From assembly GCA_951406725.2 (NCBI GenBank), contig OX597814.1:129952001-130016000 (forward strand): 64,000 nucleotides of DNA. The letters are read 5' to 3'. The notes under the pieces were generated by a model. The model was not told where the DNA came from and did not search any database. It saw only the letters and a program-made list of their open reading frames with translations. The position numbers were made by a program, and so were the translations under genes. Shown piece by piece: positions 39,004-52,004 of this stretch (positions are counted from its first letter, which is position 1; each line of letters begins with the position of its first letter). This DNA comes from Octopus vulgaris (taxonomy: Eukaryota).

Positions 39004-39849
39004 TAAGCCTGCTAAGTTTGTCTTTTATATACTAAAACAGAATGGAGATATTTTCTGAAATAGTGTTCGGATTATGTGTTAGTATTTTAAATATATTTAG
39101 AGAATGTCATTTGCTTAGCTATTATGATAGTGAGCATTTAAATAAAATCTCACTCGTTGTACTTCCCACTATATGTGCGCGCGAGTGTGTGTGTGTCTTT
39201 GTGTCTGTGTTTGTTGCTTATTGTTTGTCAATTATCGTCCAAAACATCTTTACATTTTCACTCTTTTAACGATGATACTGTTCATCTTCTTGACGTCAAC
39301 AATGAGCTGCCGGGAATGGCGAGCGAACATTGGGGACAGTGACAGAAACAAACACGGCATAAATATGAATATACTAACAAAATGAAATACAATATACAAT
39401 ATGGAAACGGAATAAAGGCGTGATTCTCTAAGGCGACACGGATAGGTTGGTAATGCAGCAAAAGAAAGGAAAATGTTTTATAGAACTGGAAACAAATAAG
39501 GGAACAGATGGAAAAAAAAACACAGAACGAAAGATGAAAAAAAAAACGAACGGTGAAAAAAACAAAACAATGTTGAACGTAGAGAAGGAAGCGAAAGAAA
39601 CATGACTGATCGAGTCAGCGGTTAGGCGAAAATGGAAGAGATTTGAATGGTCAAGGATTACCATGGTAGTGGTAGGAGAAAGAAAAGGTGGTGGATGATA
39701 GAGAGACAGAAAGCAACAAAGTGATAGGTTGGAGAGAGAGGGAAGGAGAGAAAGAGGAAGGCAAAATTGAAAGAAAAAGAGACGGAAATAAAGTTCGCCC
39801 CCTAAATTTGCATACACGTTATTTATATGTCCATACTTTTTTTATATTT

Positions 39850-40165
<316 letters not shown>

Positions 40166-41116
40166 CGTTTTGCATGAGCATAGTGATACTAATAACTTGG
40201 TGTTAAATCGCAATGTACGTCTGCTTCAGAGAAAATGATCAGACGAGTATATTTTGTAACAATCGATTCTATAAATGACAAAGGAAAATGCACTTCATTA
40301 GTTTACAGTAGTTACTGCAATACGAGGTGGCTCACTTATTGTTGAGTGCATGTATCTCACCTTATAGCTTCTTCGGAACTTCAAAAATGAAGTACAATGA
40401 TATTTGGTAAAGTATTTATAAATATGCAACGCATCACTAAAACGAAGAATCCCTTCAAATTCCATTCGAGCATTCAACTATGAGATCGTTGCGTCTTATT
40501 CCAGAAACAGCTGTTAGCTAATGAAGTTATTTACATGATTTCTTGTTCCTTTGCCATCCATATGATCTCTTATTTACACACACACACACACAGATGAACA
40601 CACGCACACGCACATACATATTAACATATATGCGACACGAAGAGCTGGGAAGGTAGAAAGAATGAGAGAGTCGAGTGGGGGTGTTGGCGAAAGACAGAAA
40701 GAGACAAAACAGATGCTGCGATTGGTCACATAGTGCAGACAGTACACCGTCTTATTTGATTAAATGAAACTATGAGACAACATATCACGTAACAAAAACA
40801 GCCAAACGAAGATAACACAATACGTCTGTTGCTTTTATTTTAAATGTCATAACCGTAATTTCAAATTAATATTAGTATATTACCGAAATCTAAGAGGAAA
40901 TATTGAGGAACGAGAAAAAATATCATTGGTTCTTTGTAATGACCCAATGATCTTACTACGAAGAAAATATGAAATAATTTGATTGGCATATGTAAAATAA
41001 CTGCTTCTTCTCATACGAACAGTGACCAGTTACTTAATTCTGTTCCATTTAATTCTTGACATTTCAATATTCCAGATTCTGTCATTTGGTTTATATGTTC
41101 CATATAACTACATCAC

Positions 41117-41173
41117 TGTTTCTGTCCTTGTCTCGTCTATTTTCTCTCTCTCGCTTTCTCTCTCCCTCTCTCT

Positions 41174-41209
<36 letters not shown>

Positions 41210-41395
41210 CTACTTATGTTGCTTGTAGACCGAACGAAAACGAGAATCTCCAGGTAGTCTCAGTCGTCAACAAACTCTCTCTCGCGCACGCACACACACA
41301 CACACACATACACACACACACATACACACATATATATATAAACGTATTTGTATTTACGAGCTTAAGTAGCTTTTACAATTTGTGTGCTGCAGGTA
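41117..41395 (+). repeat. Unclassified repeat; inverted partner at 48462-48740
   Basis: CCGAACGAAAACGAGAATCTCCAGGTAGTCTCAG and TAAGTAGCTTTTACAATTTGTGTGCTG match the reverse complement at 48.5-48.6 kb. Confidence 0.8.
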
Positions 41396-41464
41396 GCAAG
41401 CCCGCTGCACATATAAGACTCCAAGAGCTCCAACTAAACCTGTGATAAAGAGAAATAATAATAA

Positions 41465-41682
41465 AAATCCTTTCTACTAAAGGTACAAAGCCTGAAATTG
41501 TGGGGAAGGGGGTTAGTCGATTACATCGACACAGGGCATAAGTGGTGCTTATTTCATCGATCCCGGAAGGATGAACGGTAAAGTCGACCTCGGTGGAATT
41601 TGAACTAAAAACGCAAGGGCAGAGGAAATGACGCTAATAATTTTGCCCGGCGTGCTAAAGATTCTGCCAGCTCACCGCCACG
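41465..41682 (-). mobile_element. SINE family B flanked by (AAT)n
   Basis: Full head-to-tail reverse-complement match. Confidence 0.85.
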
Positions 41683-41709
41683 ATATTAATAATAATAATA
41701 ATAATAATG

Positions 41710-41783
<74 letters not shown>

Positions 41784-41784
<1 letters not shown>

Positions 41785-41894
41785 TTCCATACAATAACCA
41801 TCAGAGCATCACAACAAATCACAGCACATACCCAAGGCACACAGAGCTGTGCTCAGTAGTGAAGTGAAAGCACGCTATAAAAATAAAACTACTG
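41784..41894 (+). mobile_element. Dong/R4 3' UTR in (AAT)n
   Basis: Near-identical to 10564-10675. Confidence 0.88.
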
Positions 41895-42044
41895 AATAAT
41901 AATAATAATAATAATAGAGTCAAAATTAAAAGAAGAGTGTCATTGTCATCTACTGAACGATATTTCGACATCTTGTGTGCCTTCAACAGGTTCAAAAAAT
42001 AAATTTGGCAATCTACTTCATTTTGGTTAATATATAAAAGATTG

Positions 42045-42545
42045 AGGTAACTTCTCCAGAAGATATAGAGTAAAAAAAATTAAAAGAAGGAAGAATTTTT
42101 GATTGCAGCACAAGACTAAAGCCTCTTCACCAGAAATTACCAAAAACATATAATGGACAGAGAGATAACAAGTAACTGCACAATATGTGGGGATAGACAA
42201 GAACCATTAAACATATTGTCTCTGGCTGCCCTGTCCTGGCTAAGAAGGAATATATTCACAGACACGACAGAATTGGGATCTATATACACTGGAAGCTATG
42301 CCAACATTATGGAATAACAACAGAAAAAAGATGGTATAGGCACACGCCAGAAAAGGTTACAGAAAATGAGAAAGCAACCATATTATGGGATATGCCAATA
42401 AGCACAGATAGAGAAATTAAGGCCAATAGGCAGGATATAGTTGTCAGAAACCATCTAGAAAAAATGCCTTCTAATCGATGCATCAATACCAACAGATGTC
42501 AACGTTTCTCATAGAAATGAAGTAACTATCAAAATACAAAGACCT
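42045..42545 (+). mobile_element. Dong/R4 LINE fragment (CCHC plus RLE)
   Basis: CTICG...HIVSGCPVLAKKEYIHRHD...ILWDMPISTDREIKANRQDIVV, frameshifted. Confidence 0.85.
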
Positions 42546-42679
42546 GTCTAGGTATGTGTTTGTATATGTGTGTGGGAAGGGGGTCAGTTGATTACATCGA
42601 CCCTAGTACACAACTGGTACTTAATTTATCGACTACGAAAGGATGAAAATGCAAAGTCAACCTCATCAGAATTTGTACT

Positions 42680-42920
42680 ACGGTGTCAGCTGTTCAGTAC
42701 CAGTGAACTAAGGTAAAACCTCTTATTCTTCGAGCACCTTCCGGAGTATTCGAGTGGTTCCAAGCAGTGCTATTTTCTGTAAGTGCTCTACCCTTATTGC
42801 AGCCCCTTTTTGTTCCATGTACTTCTCAAGATTTTTACTCACTGTTCCCAGGGCTTCGACAATTATTGGTACTACTACCACCTTCTTCAGCGTCCACAAC
42901 TGCTTAACCTCCCAAGCAAT
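42680..42920 (-). mobile_element. Dong/R4 LINE C-terminus
   Basis: WEVKQLWTLKKVVVVPIIVEALGTV...LQKIALLGTTRILRKVL. Confidence 0.82.
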
Positions 42921-43228
42921 ATTTGCTGTGTGTATGTATCTATGTATGAACTTTTCTTTGTATTTATGTATCTACTGTATCTCTCAGTTTCTCCATTTCT
43001 CTTTCACTTCTTTGTGTCCCTCTTCTCTCCGGCTTTTGATTTATTGTGTATATGTATCTATGTATCTACTTCTCTTGTGATGAACGCCGTTATACACTCA
43101 CTGTCTCTTTCACTCACTCTCTTTCTCTCTCACCTGTTCTCTCTCTCTCACTCTCTTTCTTTCTCTCTTACGTTCTCTCTGAAACATTTAAAAAGACAAA
43201 ACGAACGCTGTCACCACTCACTGTATCT

Positions 43229-43291
<63 letters not shown>

Positions 43292-43392
43292 ACTTTCTTT
43301 CTGTCCTCCTTTCTCTCGCTTTGCTTCTTTTTGAAGTAAGTGTGACGCACACAACAGGTACAAACACAAAAGCGTATTAATATTATTGATAA

Positions 43393-43790
43393 CCTTTTCT
43401 ACTCTTGGCACAAGGCTCGAAATTTATGGTGGTCAGTCGATTAGATCGACCCCAGTACGCACGTGGTACTTAATCTATCGATCCCGAAAGGATGAGAGTT
43501 GACCCCGGCAGTATTTGAACTCAGAACGTAGTGGTAGATGAAATACTGTTAAGCATTTCGCCCGGTGTGCTAACGATTCATCCAGCGCGCCGTTGGCTGA
43601 AAGTTTTGCTTTGGGGAGGTGAATTAAGTCGATTACATCTACCCTAGTGCGTAACTGGTATTTATTTAATCGACCCCAAAAGGATGAAAAGCAAGTCGAC
43701 CTCAGCGGAATTTGAACTTAGAACGTAACAGCAGACGAAATATCGCTAAGCATTTTGCCCGGCGTGCTAACTATTCTGCCAGCTCCCCGC
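43393..43790 (-). mobile_element. Two tandem SINE family B copies
   Basis: Bodies at 43393-43592 and 43605-43790. Confidence 0.85.
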
Positions 43791-43792
43791 TT

Positions 43793-44325
<533 letters not shown>

Positions 44326-44715
44326 ATCTAGATTGATATTCACCTCCCATCTCTTTATTCTGATTTGTTTTCGGATTTTTCTGCTATAACTTTTTTTTTA
44401 TGTATTTGAACATTCATTTACAAAGTTGTATTTTGTCTTCACTTTTTTTTTCTCCATTAAACATTATAAACGAAGAATGTATAACAAGTCTGAGCTTAAA
44501 TGTTACCAGTAAAGTACATTACATCTTTTCTTTCACAACTCTGACCGTTTGCTAGAAAGACGTACACTGCAAGACAAGCAGCAGCTACATACATATTCAC
44601 ATACGCACCTGCATATTCATACGTATTATCTTATGTGTATGTAGGTATGGAAATACTGTATAATTTATGCACATATATAAGTATATATGTATGTAGTTGT
44701 GAATGCATATATATG

Positions 44716-44748
<33 letters not shown>

Positions 44749-44759
44749 GTATGTATGTA

Positions 44760-44801
<42 letters not shown>

Positions 44802-44819
44802 CGAGAAGTAATATTTATC

Positions 44820-45048
44820 GACATACCGAAATGGTAGTGGCGCCGTTCGGCGTTACTATAATTTTAATCATCTCAGGTAGATCCTCCGCTAGCCGGTTAC
44901 CTGTGCAGCCTGCACCATGTACATATTACAAACAGGGGAGTGAAACCCTACCCTCCTTCAGCAGGCGACCGGATCACGAGGCCGAACAGTTTCCGGCTAC
45001 TTGTGCCCATCTTCACTTGTGAAGAAAATAGCAGGGATTCGCTATAAC

Positions 45049-45097
<49 letters not shown>

Positions 45098-45512
45098 AAA
45101 ATAAGCGACCATCGGTCACTAATTTTGCTGCAACAACATGACCGTTCGGCGTTACTACCGTTTTAACCCCAGAAAGATCCTCCGCCAGCAAATTACCGGT
45201 GCAATCAGCACCCAGGATATGCTGCACAATCAGTGACCAATGGTCACTTACTTTTCTATATATAGGGAATTGTAGCGAATGCCTGTTATTTCTAGCAGTC
45301 AGGTGTTCACGACTGGGGATGGGCATAAGTAGCCGGAAACCGTTCGGTCTCGTGATCCCATCTTCTGCTGGAGGATGTTAGGGTTTTTGTCCCCTGCTTG
45401 CAATATACATATTGGGTGTAGATTGCACTGGTAACCAGCTGGCAGTGAAGCAGCCTGGGGTTAAAAGGGTAGTAACGTCGCAGAGCCATATTGATTGTGG
45501 CGACAAATATTA
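44820..45512. mobile_element. Three copies of an HHR-bearing repeat forming an inverted pair around (TA)n
   Basis: 44830-45055 and 45264-45510 are reverse complements; partial third copy 45094-45258 has its own ~27-bp inverted ends. Confidence 0.75.
45308..45354 (+). ncRNA. Type I hammerhead (A6 to G); partner on minus strand at 44975-45021 (C3 to G)
   Basis: CACGA-CTGGGGA-TGGGC ataagta GCCG-GAA-ACCG tt CGGT-C-TCGTG; the partner core reads GTGAAGA, so the consensus is canonical CTGARGA. Confidence 0.65.
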
Positions 45513-45584
45513 ATTCTTAGTACTGTTACTACTTTCATCTCTTATTGAGATCTTCTTAGCTGGTTACTTTCTTGTTATATATAT

Positions 45585-45634
<50 letters not shown>

Positions 45635-45826
45635 TATATTAAATTAGAGATAAAACCACTATTAGGCAAATCAAACAATGAAAAACTTAAGCCAATACAT
45701 AAGATTAATTAATTTATATTATTTTAAATATCTATCAAAATTATTAAAAAAAGATAATGAGTATATATATAGGAAAATGTGTTGTTGAAAATGCACCTAA
45801 ATTTCAAAAACTCGTAAATGTTTATA

Positions 45827-45867
45827 TACCAGACTAGTTTCAAATTTTTTTTTGTTTATCAATAGTA
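45827..45867 (-). ncRNA. Minimal type I hammerhead, U3-A8 core variant
   Basis: TACTA-TTGATAA-(weak stem II)-GAA-ACTAGT-C-TGGTA. Confidence 0.45.
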
Positions 45868-45901
45868 AAAGTTTAAAATTATGAATTAGAAAAACAGCTT
45901 T

Positions 45902-45996
45902 AAATGTTTCAATGTTGACAGATCGGAATATTTCAATGTTGACAAATTAAAATGTTTCAATGTTGATAAATTAGCATGTTCAAAACGGATAAATTT
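45902..45996. repeat. 24-bp tandem repeat x3-4
   Basis: AATGTTTCAATGTTGACAAATTAA-like units. Confidence 0.8.
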
Positions 45997-46754
45997 AGCC
46001 ACTCCACACACACTAGCACTGACCACTTCTCAACACCCATACCACACACCACCATCCACTCACCAAATCTTCAATAGTTTCACCACTCATACACTATATA
46101 TGAGCAGCCACACACACACACTGTTTAACTCAGAGCACAAACCACACACAATCATGCACACTTCCACACCCACACAAGCACATAACACTTTAACACAGAC
46201 AATATATACATACACATGCAACACACATTAACACACGCAACATACATAGACGAAGATAACTTTCGCCCAACACATGAACACTGCTTGGTCACAAACACAC
46301 ACAAACATGTGCGCACACCACGTGAAAAAGTACACATCAACTGCTACACAGACACACATGTTACACACGCACACACTCACACATGTCAGAGTCCCCTCGC
46401 CTCTATTCATACATACACACTCACACGCACCATTCTCACATACACACACAAGCATGCGCACCTTATCTTATTGGGATTTCTAGTACTTTATTATCTTCCT
46501 TTCATTCAACCTCTTTTTTTATCATCTCCCTTTCATTCAACCTCTTTTTTTACCATCTCCTTTTCTGACGAAAATTTGTCAGTGAACAGGTCATGGTTTC
46601 AAAGCGACGAAAATACTTTGGCAAATTAAATTTAAATGTTGATGTGAATCTGACGGTTTTTGTGTTTTCAAATGGCTTATAAATACCTTCCACGCTGCAG
46701 TTATATATATATTCAGAGGGAGAGAGATAGAGAGGGGGGAGAGAAAGGGTGATA

Positions 46755-47050
46755 TTTACGGGGCTTAACGGTTGGGCTATTCGATTCACGATCGTAATGG
46801 TGAGTTCGATTCTTGCCGGCATTTTGTGTCCTTCAGTAAGACATTTCTTTGATGCTGCTCCTGTCCACTCAGCTGGCAAAACTGAGTTGTACCCGCAATT
46901 CAAAGGCGCTGCCTAATCGCATTCTTTGCCTCACGCTGAATCTCCCTGATGACTAAACTAAGGGTACGCGTGTCCGTCGGGTGCTCAGCCATTTACACCT
47001 TGATCTCACGAACAGGGTGTTGTCATGACTGAATCAACTAGAACATTCGT
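46755..47050 (+). mobile_element. Old tRNA-derived SINE with CORE-like centre
   Basis: GAGTTCGATTC B box followed by TTGTGTCCTTCAGTAAGACA...GTCCACTCAGCTG. Confidence 0.6.
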
Positions 47051-47121
47051 CGATAGGCCATATATATATAGTCTTTTACTTGTTTCAGTCATTTGACTGT
47101 GGCCATGCTGGAGCACCGCCT

Positions 47122-47199
<78 letters not shown>

Positions 47200-47222
47200 G
47201 TCTATATATCTATCTGTCTCTC

Positions 47223-47302
<80 letters not shown>

Positions 47303-48461
47303 TGTATATATATATATATACATACGCATATATATACTCACAAATATGTGTGTTAGTCGATAGGATATGGAATCTTTCTTTTAAAAGAATACTATAAAGA
47401 TATAGATTACTTTAAGTTCCGAGTGCTGAAATAGTGGTAATCTCTAAAGATCTCAGGTGAGCGAAGCGCACACGACTGGATTTCATAACGTAAATTCGTT
47501 AATCTCTTAACTGCAAGTTACGCCTGAAGTCAAGGGTCGTCGCTTATCAGCATTGATCTTTCTCAATTAACCAATCTGGGCTCTTTTGATTTCTGTTTTC
47601 GTGCATACGGTAGATTTATTGGCACTATGAGCTTGCAGGAATTGATTTCCCTTGTTGCATAAAAAAAATTAAATAAATAAAAACAAACAAAAATTCTGGG
47701 TTATGCCATTTGCACTCCACCATAAATTCGTTATAAACATTTTGGGAAATGCAGCGGTGGCTTTGGGAAATATTTTGGCTTCTCATCTGCATCTAACTTT
47801 TGCCGAGGTCGTTTGTTATTGTCAAACAATATCCCTTTCTCATCAGTCGTAACGATGCAGTGTCAAAGGTGTTAATTTTTACTGTGAATTAGCAGCGCTA
47901 CGCATACCGCTAAATACTAAAATGTATGCTGTCCTGTAAACAGCAATGGAATCCATTTAACATGACATCATCATTAACATCATTTTTCTGATATCACACA
48001 AACGATAGGAAATTGTCAAAGGAGATACTGTCACGTCTACAATAATTTGATTAACTGTTGTTTAAGAATTGCTTTTCACCAATTCTCTCAATTGGTCTTC
48101 ATCTATAAGAGATTTGAAGGAGTTGTTTAGAAAGATCCCCGATAATAGTGTGCCGTAACATTTAGAGAAGCCCTGCGGACATTAGTTGTACACTGTTCAT
48201 GTGAAAGTAGAACGTGGTGCGACGTTGTTTCTTTGATATGGATTGAATTGTGATTGTGAATTTTGATCACAAGATTGGAGTGTGGGTGGTGCATAGCTAA
48301 GAAATGTTATTGGGGAATGAAGGTAGGAATCTCTTGAATAAGAATGAGTATTACTGGACATGACGGTAAGTGGATCATGAGAATTTTTAGAAACTGAAGG
48401 AACAATGCGTGTATCATAAATTAGGCAGTACCTTGGGGCGCAAAATACATGATTAACTATC

Positions 48462-48740
48462 GATCTCAGCACACAGATTATAAAAGCTACTTACACACAC
48501 ACACAAACACACAAGCATGTATGTGTGTGTGTGTGTGTGTGTGTGTAAGAAGAGAGTAACAGATACTGCGCGCGCAGATGCGAGTTTGTTAAAGGCTGAG
48601 ACTACCTGGAGTTTCTCGTTTTCATTCGGTATACACACAACAGAATAGAAGCAGGAATGAGAGAGAGAGAGCGGGCGGAGGGGGAAGAGAGGGAGAAAGA
48701 AAGCGAATGAGAGGAAATAGACAAGGTAAGAACAGAAACG
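48462..48740 (-). repeat. Inverted partner of 41117-41395
   Basis: ORF track gives near-identical pseudo-peptides PNENE.LQVVS..NKL...SSFYNLCA for both. Confidence 0.8.
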
Positions 48741-48835
48741 TAAATAGTTGTACTCTATTCCAATAGCTCACTCTATTTCAATTTTCTTTATATTCCCCTT
48801 GATGCCTTTTGATAATGTTCCCAAGGATAATACAG

Positions 48836-48959
48836 TTCTATATTTAAGAGATGAGGAATTATGTACATTATTTACATTCAACGGATATTTGTCCTCATCT
48901 TGTTGGTAGTTAACACTTTTCGGCTTGGGGAAATTTCGAACCTGAATTCTCATTATTAT

Positions 48960-48990
<31 letters not shown>

Positions 48991-49605
48991 GTTGTTGTTC
49001 AGGTCACTGCTCGGAATCGAACTCGGAATCTTGGGGTTAGTAGCCCGCGCTCTTAACCACTAGGCCATACGCATAGTGAATTTTAGGGCTTATAAATTTA
49101 ATATTTTTCTATCCTTCCTTAATACCGGTTCCCATATGCTGCTCATATCTGCACTCGGTCTGCTTAGGAGGTTATTGTGTCCTAGCATATGTGCTGCTTA
49201 TTTTAGTTTTCGTATTTTCCAGTGGTGTTCTCTGTCAATTATTTTAACTTCATCTCTATTTTTCCATACATGATCAGCTATACCCGATTTATCAATATCT
49301 CCTCGTGTCACAGCTTTGCGATGTTCGTCGACCCTCATTTTGAGGGGGTGGCATGTTTCGCCTTTGTATAACCTTCACAGCTGCATGGGATGGAGTACAT
49401 GCAGTCTTTGGCCATATTTTCTTTTATTGGTGGTTTTACTCGAAGGAGATATTTGCGAAGTGTTGTATTACTCTTGAATACTGTCCTGATGTCATATGGG
49501 CCGCATAGCTTCTGTATCTTTTCGGAGAGGCCTTTCACATAGGGTAGGCGGACTGCGGACAAACAAGATGAGGACAAATATCCGTCGAATGTAAATAATG
49601 TAAAT
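48836..49605 (-). mobile_element. Penelope (Poseidon-like) 5' truncated copy with inverted pLTR
   Basis: LPYVKGLSEKI...YSIPCSC...ADHVWK...KIIDREHHWKIRKLK GIY-YIG region; 48864-48904 inverted at 49562-49602. Confidence 0.88.
49002..49074 (-). pseudogene. tRNA-like sequence (anticodon loop CT-ACT-AA) inside the Penelope 3' UTR
   Basis: A box TGGCCTAGTGG, B box GAGTTCGATTCC, GGG/CCC anticodon stem; T and acceptor stems pair poorly. Confidence 0.7.
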
Positions 49606-49607
49606 TA

Positions 49608-50460
49608 TGTTTCTAAGGACTCAACAATATTTGGCACTATCTTCACCTTTATTTTCCAAAGCCAAGCTATTTCGTATTTAAGGGGCTCTATCTTTTCGCC
49701 TTCCTTCTTGACTATTTGTGGGTCAAAGGGACATGCAATATCAATTATATAGCATATGTGGTGCATGTTGTCCACTACCACTAGATCCGGTTTGTTATGC
49801 TCTAGATCCTGGTCTGTTTGGATTTGGAAATTCCAGAGGATTTTGCTAGTCTCCGACTCCGCCACTCACGGCGGTTTGTCCTCATACCACCTTTTACTTC
49901 TCTTTAGCCCCACTTTTCGCACAATTTCCAATGTAGCACTTTCACTACCTGATCGTTTTGGGCAAGTCTAAGATATACGTATGTGTTATGAACAATGATT
50001 TCATCCACTCTATTGCAGATGCAGCACAGCAGAGACGCTTGCTCATTCCTAAGGTTGACTTCCAGTTCGTGGCCAAAGCTTGGTCTTGCGCTGCCAGTAT
50101 AGTGCTCTCGGTCTCTTTTTCTGTTTTGATGTTTCTTTCATCAGCCAATCCCACCTATTTTTTCCTGCAATTTCTGGTGTGCCTGCATAGAATTCATTTT
50201 GTAGTCACTTCTTGCGTAATTCGTCTTAGCTTTTTATTCACTTCTTCCTTTATTTTCCTTCTCTGCTTTCAATACTCCCTCGTTCCTAACTGTCACTAGC
50301 AGGGCTTCCTTACTTTGAGCTAGGTATCTCATTAAGCTCTCGAGTTCTATTCGTAAGCAGTCGTCCACACTTATCAGTCGCCTTCCTCTATTTGCTCTTG
50401 TCATGTATCGGCGACCAGTGTCCGCACGTGAATGATGGACATCAGACATCGTTAGAAGCT
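49608..50460 (-). mobile_element. Dong/R4 LINE fragment
   Basis: ETESTILAAQDQAL; KILWNFQIQTD..HNKPDLVVVD...IIDIACPFD. Confidence 0.87.
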
Positions 50461-50463
50461 TTA

Positions 50464-50498
<35 letters not shown>

Positions 50499-50532
50499 TA
50501 AGAAAGTTTGTTTGGTAAAGCACGTGGGTGAG

Positions 50533-50946
50533 TATATAAGAAAATAGTAAAGTGTGAAAAAACGACAGAAGGCTTAAATGTTAAAAAATATATATATTTG
50601 TGTCAAAATGTCTGGAGAATATTGGAAAAAAATTTTTCCCCTTTCCTTAAAATGACATAATTTTAAAATTTTTAAAGAAATTACCAGTTTCACGTGTAGC
50701 TTTTCAAATTTCTTGTGACGTTATGTTTATATTGCATTTCCATGCAATATAAACATAACGTCACAAGAAATTTGAAAAGCTACACGCGAAACCGGTAATT
50801 TCTTTAAAAATTTTAAAATTATGTCATTTTAAGGAAAGGGGAAAAAAAATTTTTCCAATATTCTCCAGACATTTTGACACAAATATATATATTTTTTAAC
50901 ATTTAAGCCTTCTGTCGTTTTTTCACACTTTATATTTTCTTATATA
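50533..50946. repeat. Near-perfect palindrome, ~205-bp arms, ~4-nt loop, ending in (TA)n
   Basis: Centre ATTGCAT-TTCC-ATGCAAT at ~50739; only a few mismatches between arms. Confidence 0.95.
50765..50804 (+). ncRNA. Minimal type I hammerhead, U3-A8 core variant
   Basis: AAGAAAT-TTGAAAA-GC tacac GC-GAA-ACCGGT-A-ATTTCTT; 7-bp stem I. Confidence 0.6.
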
Positions 50947-50991
50947 TATATATATATATATAGATATATGCATGCATATATAAGTACATAC

Positions 50992-51625
50992 GTCACCAAC
51001 AGTAAACAACATGAAATACGAAAACAAATGAGTTCAATACGCAAACAACGAGAGAAAGAATGGAAAACAGGACAAGTGATATAAAGAACAACCCTTCATC
51101 AGTTGTCCGCTGTCTATGTACTCCTTATTTCGAGCATTGAACGACAATATGAATCTTCGAAGACAGTTGCTCCCATAAGTACCAAAATAAAATTTTGGAT
51201 TTATAGAGGACCACACTTGGGAACAAAAACAGGACAGTGGGGACATACATGGAGGGTCATTAGAACAAAACCTGGGTAAAATACCGAACACTGGAGAAAT
51301 ATTTTCTTTGAAAAGAGAAAAGGTAGAAGAGAGGGTTAGAATACATCCAGTTCTTAGGACATTTCAGAAGGAAAAGAAAGATGATCACGTGTGACAAAGA
51401 AAGATGGACAATGGTCATGCATGGGTAACGAGAGAGGGAAATGGGAAAGGGAGAGGGAAAAGGGAAAGGGAGAGAGAAAAGGGAAAGGGAGAGGGACAGA
51501 GACAGATAGAAAACGGTGAAGAGGAGAAAAGGTGAGGGAGAAAACAGTATAAAGTTGCGTGAAAAAGATTATGATACACTTACTTGGAAGTGGATGCGTG
51601 GCGTTCAATCAAATAATAATATGAA
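50992..51625 (-). mobile_element. PLE-like non-coding 3' region/pLTR between TA-rich tracts
   Basis: Organisation resembles 57003-57290; contains HHR strands. Confidence 0.55.
51088..51154 (-). ncRNA. Permuted hammerhead-like motif, intact core
   Basis: TTCAT-A-TTGTCGTT caat GCTC-GAA-ATAAG gagtacatagac AGCGGACAA-CTGATGA-A-GGGT. Confidence 0.5.
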
Positions 51626-51627
51626 TA

Positions 51628-51662
<35 letters not shown>

Positions 51663-51765
51663 CACACACATATACATATATTATATATACACACACATAT
51701 GCATATATGGGTACTCATTTGTTTTCGTATCCCGCGTTGTTTACTGTTGGTGACGTCCTGTACCC

Positions 51766-51817
<52 letters not shown>

Positions 51818-51868
51818 TATATACATATGTATATATATACATATATATTTATGTAAATATATATATAT

Positions 51869-51921
<53 letters not shown>

Positions 51922-51930
51922 ATATATATA

Positions 51931-52004
<74 letters not shown>

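Noticed and set aside
49002-49074. Functional tRNA-Ser(ACT) gene
   Set aside because: T stem and acceptor stem do not pair, the anticodon is atypical for eukaryotes, and it is embedded in a retroelement
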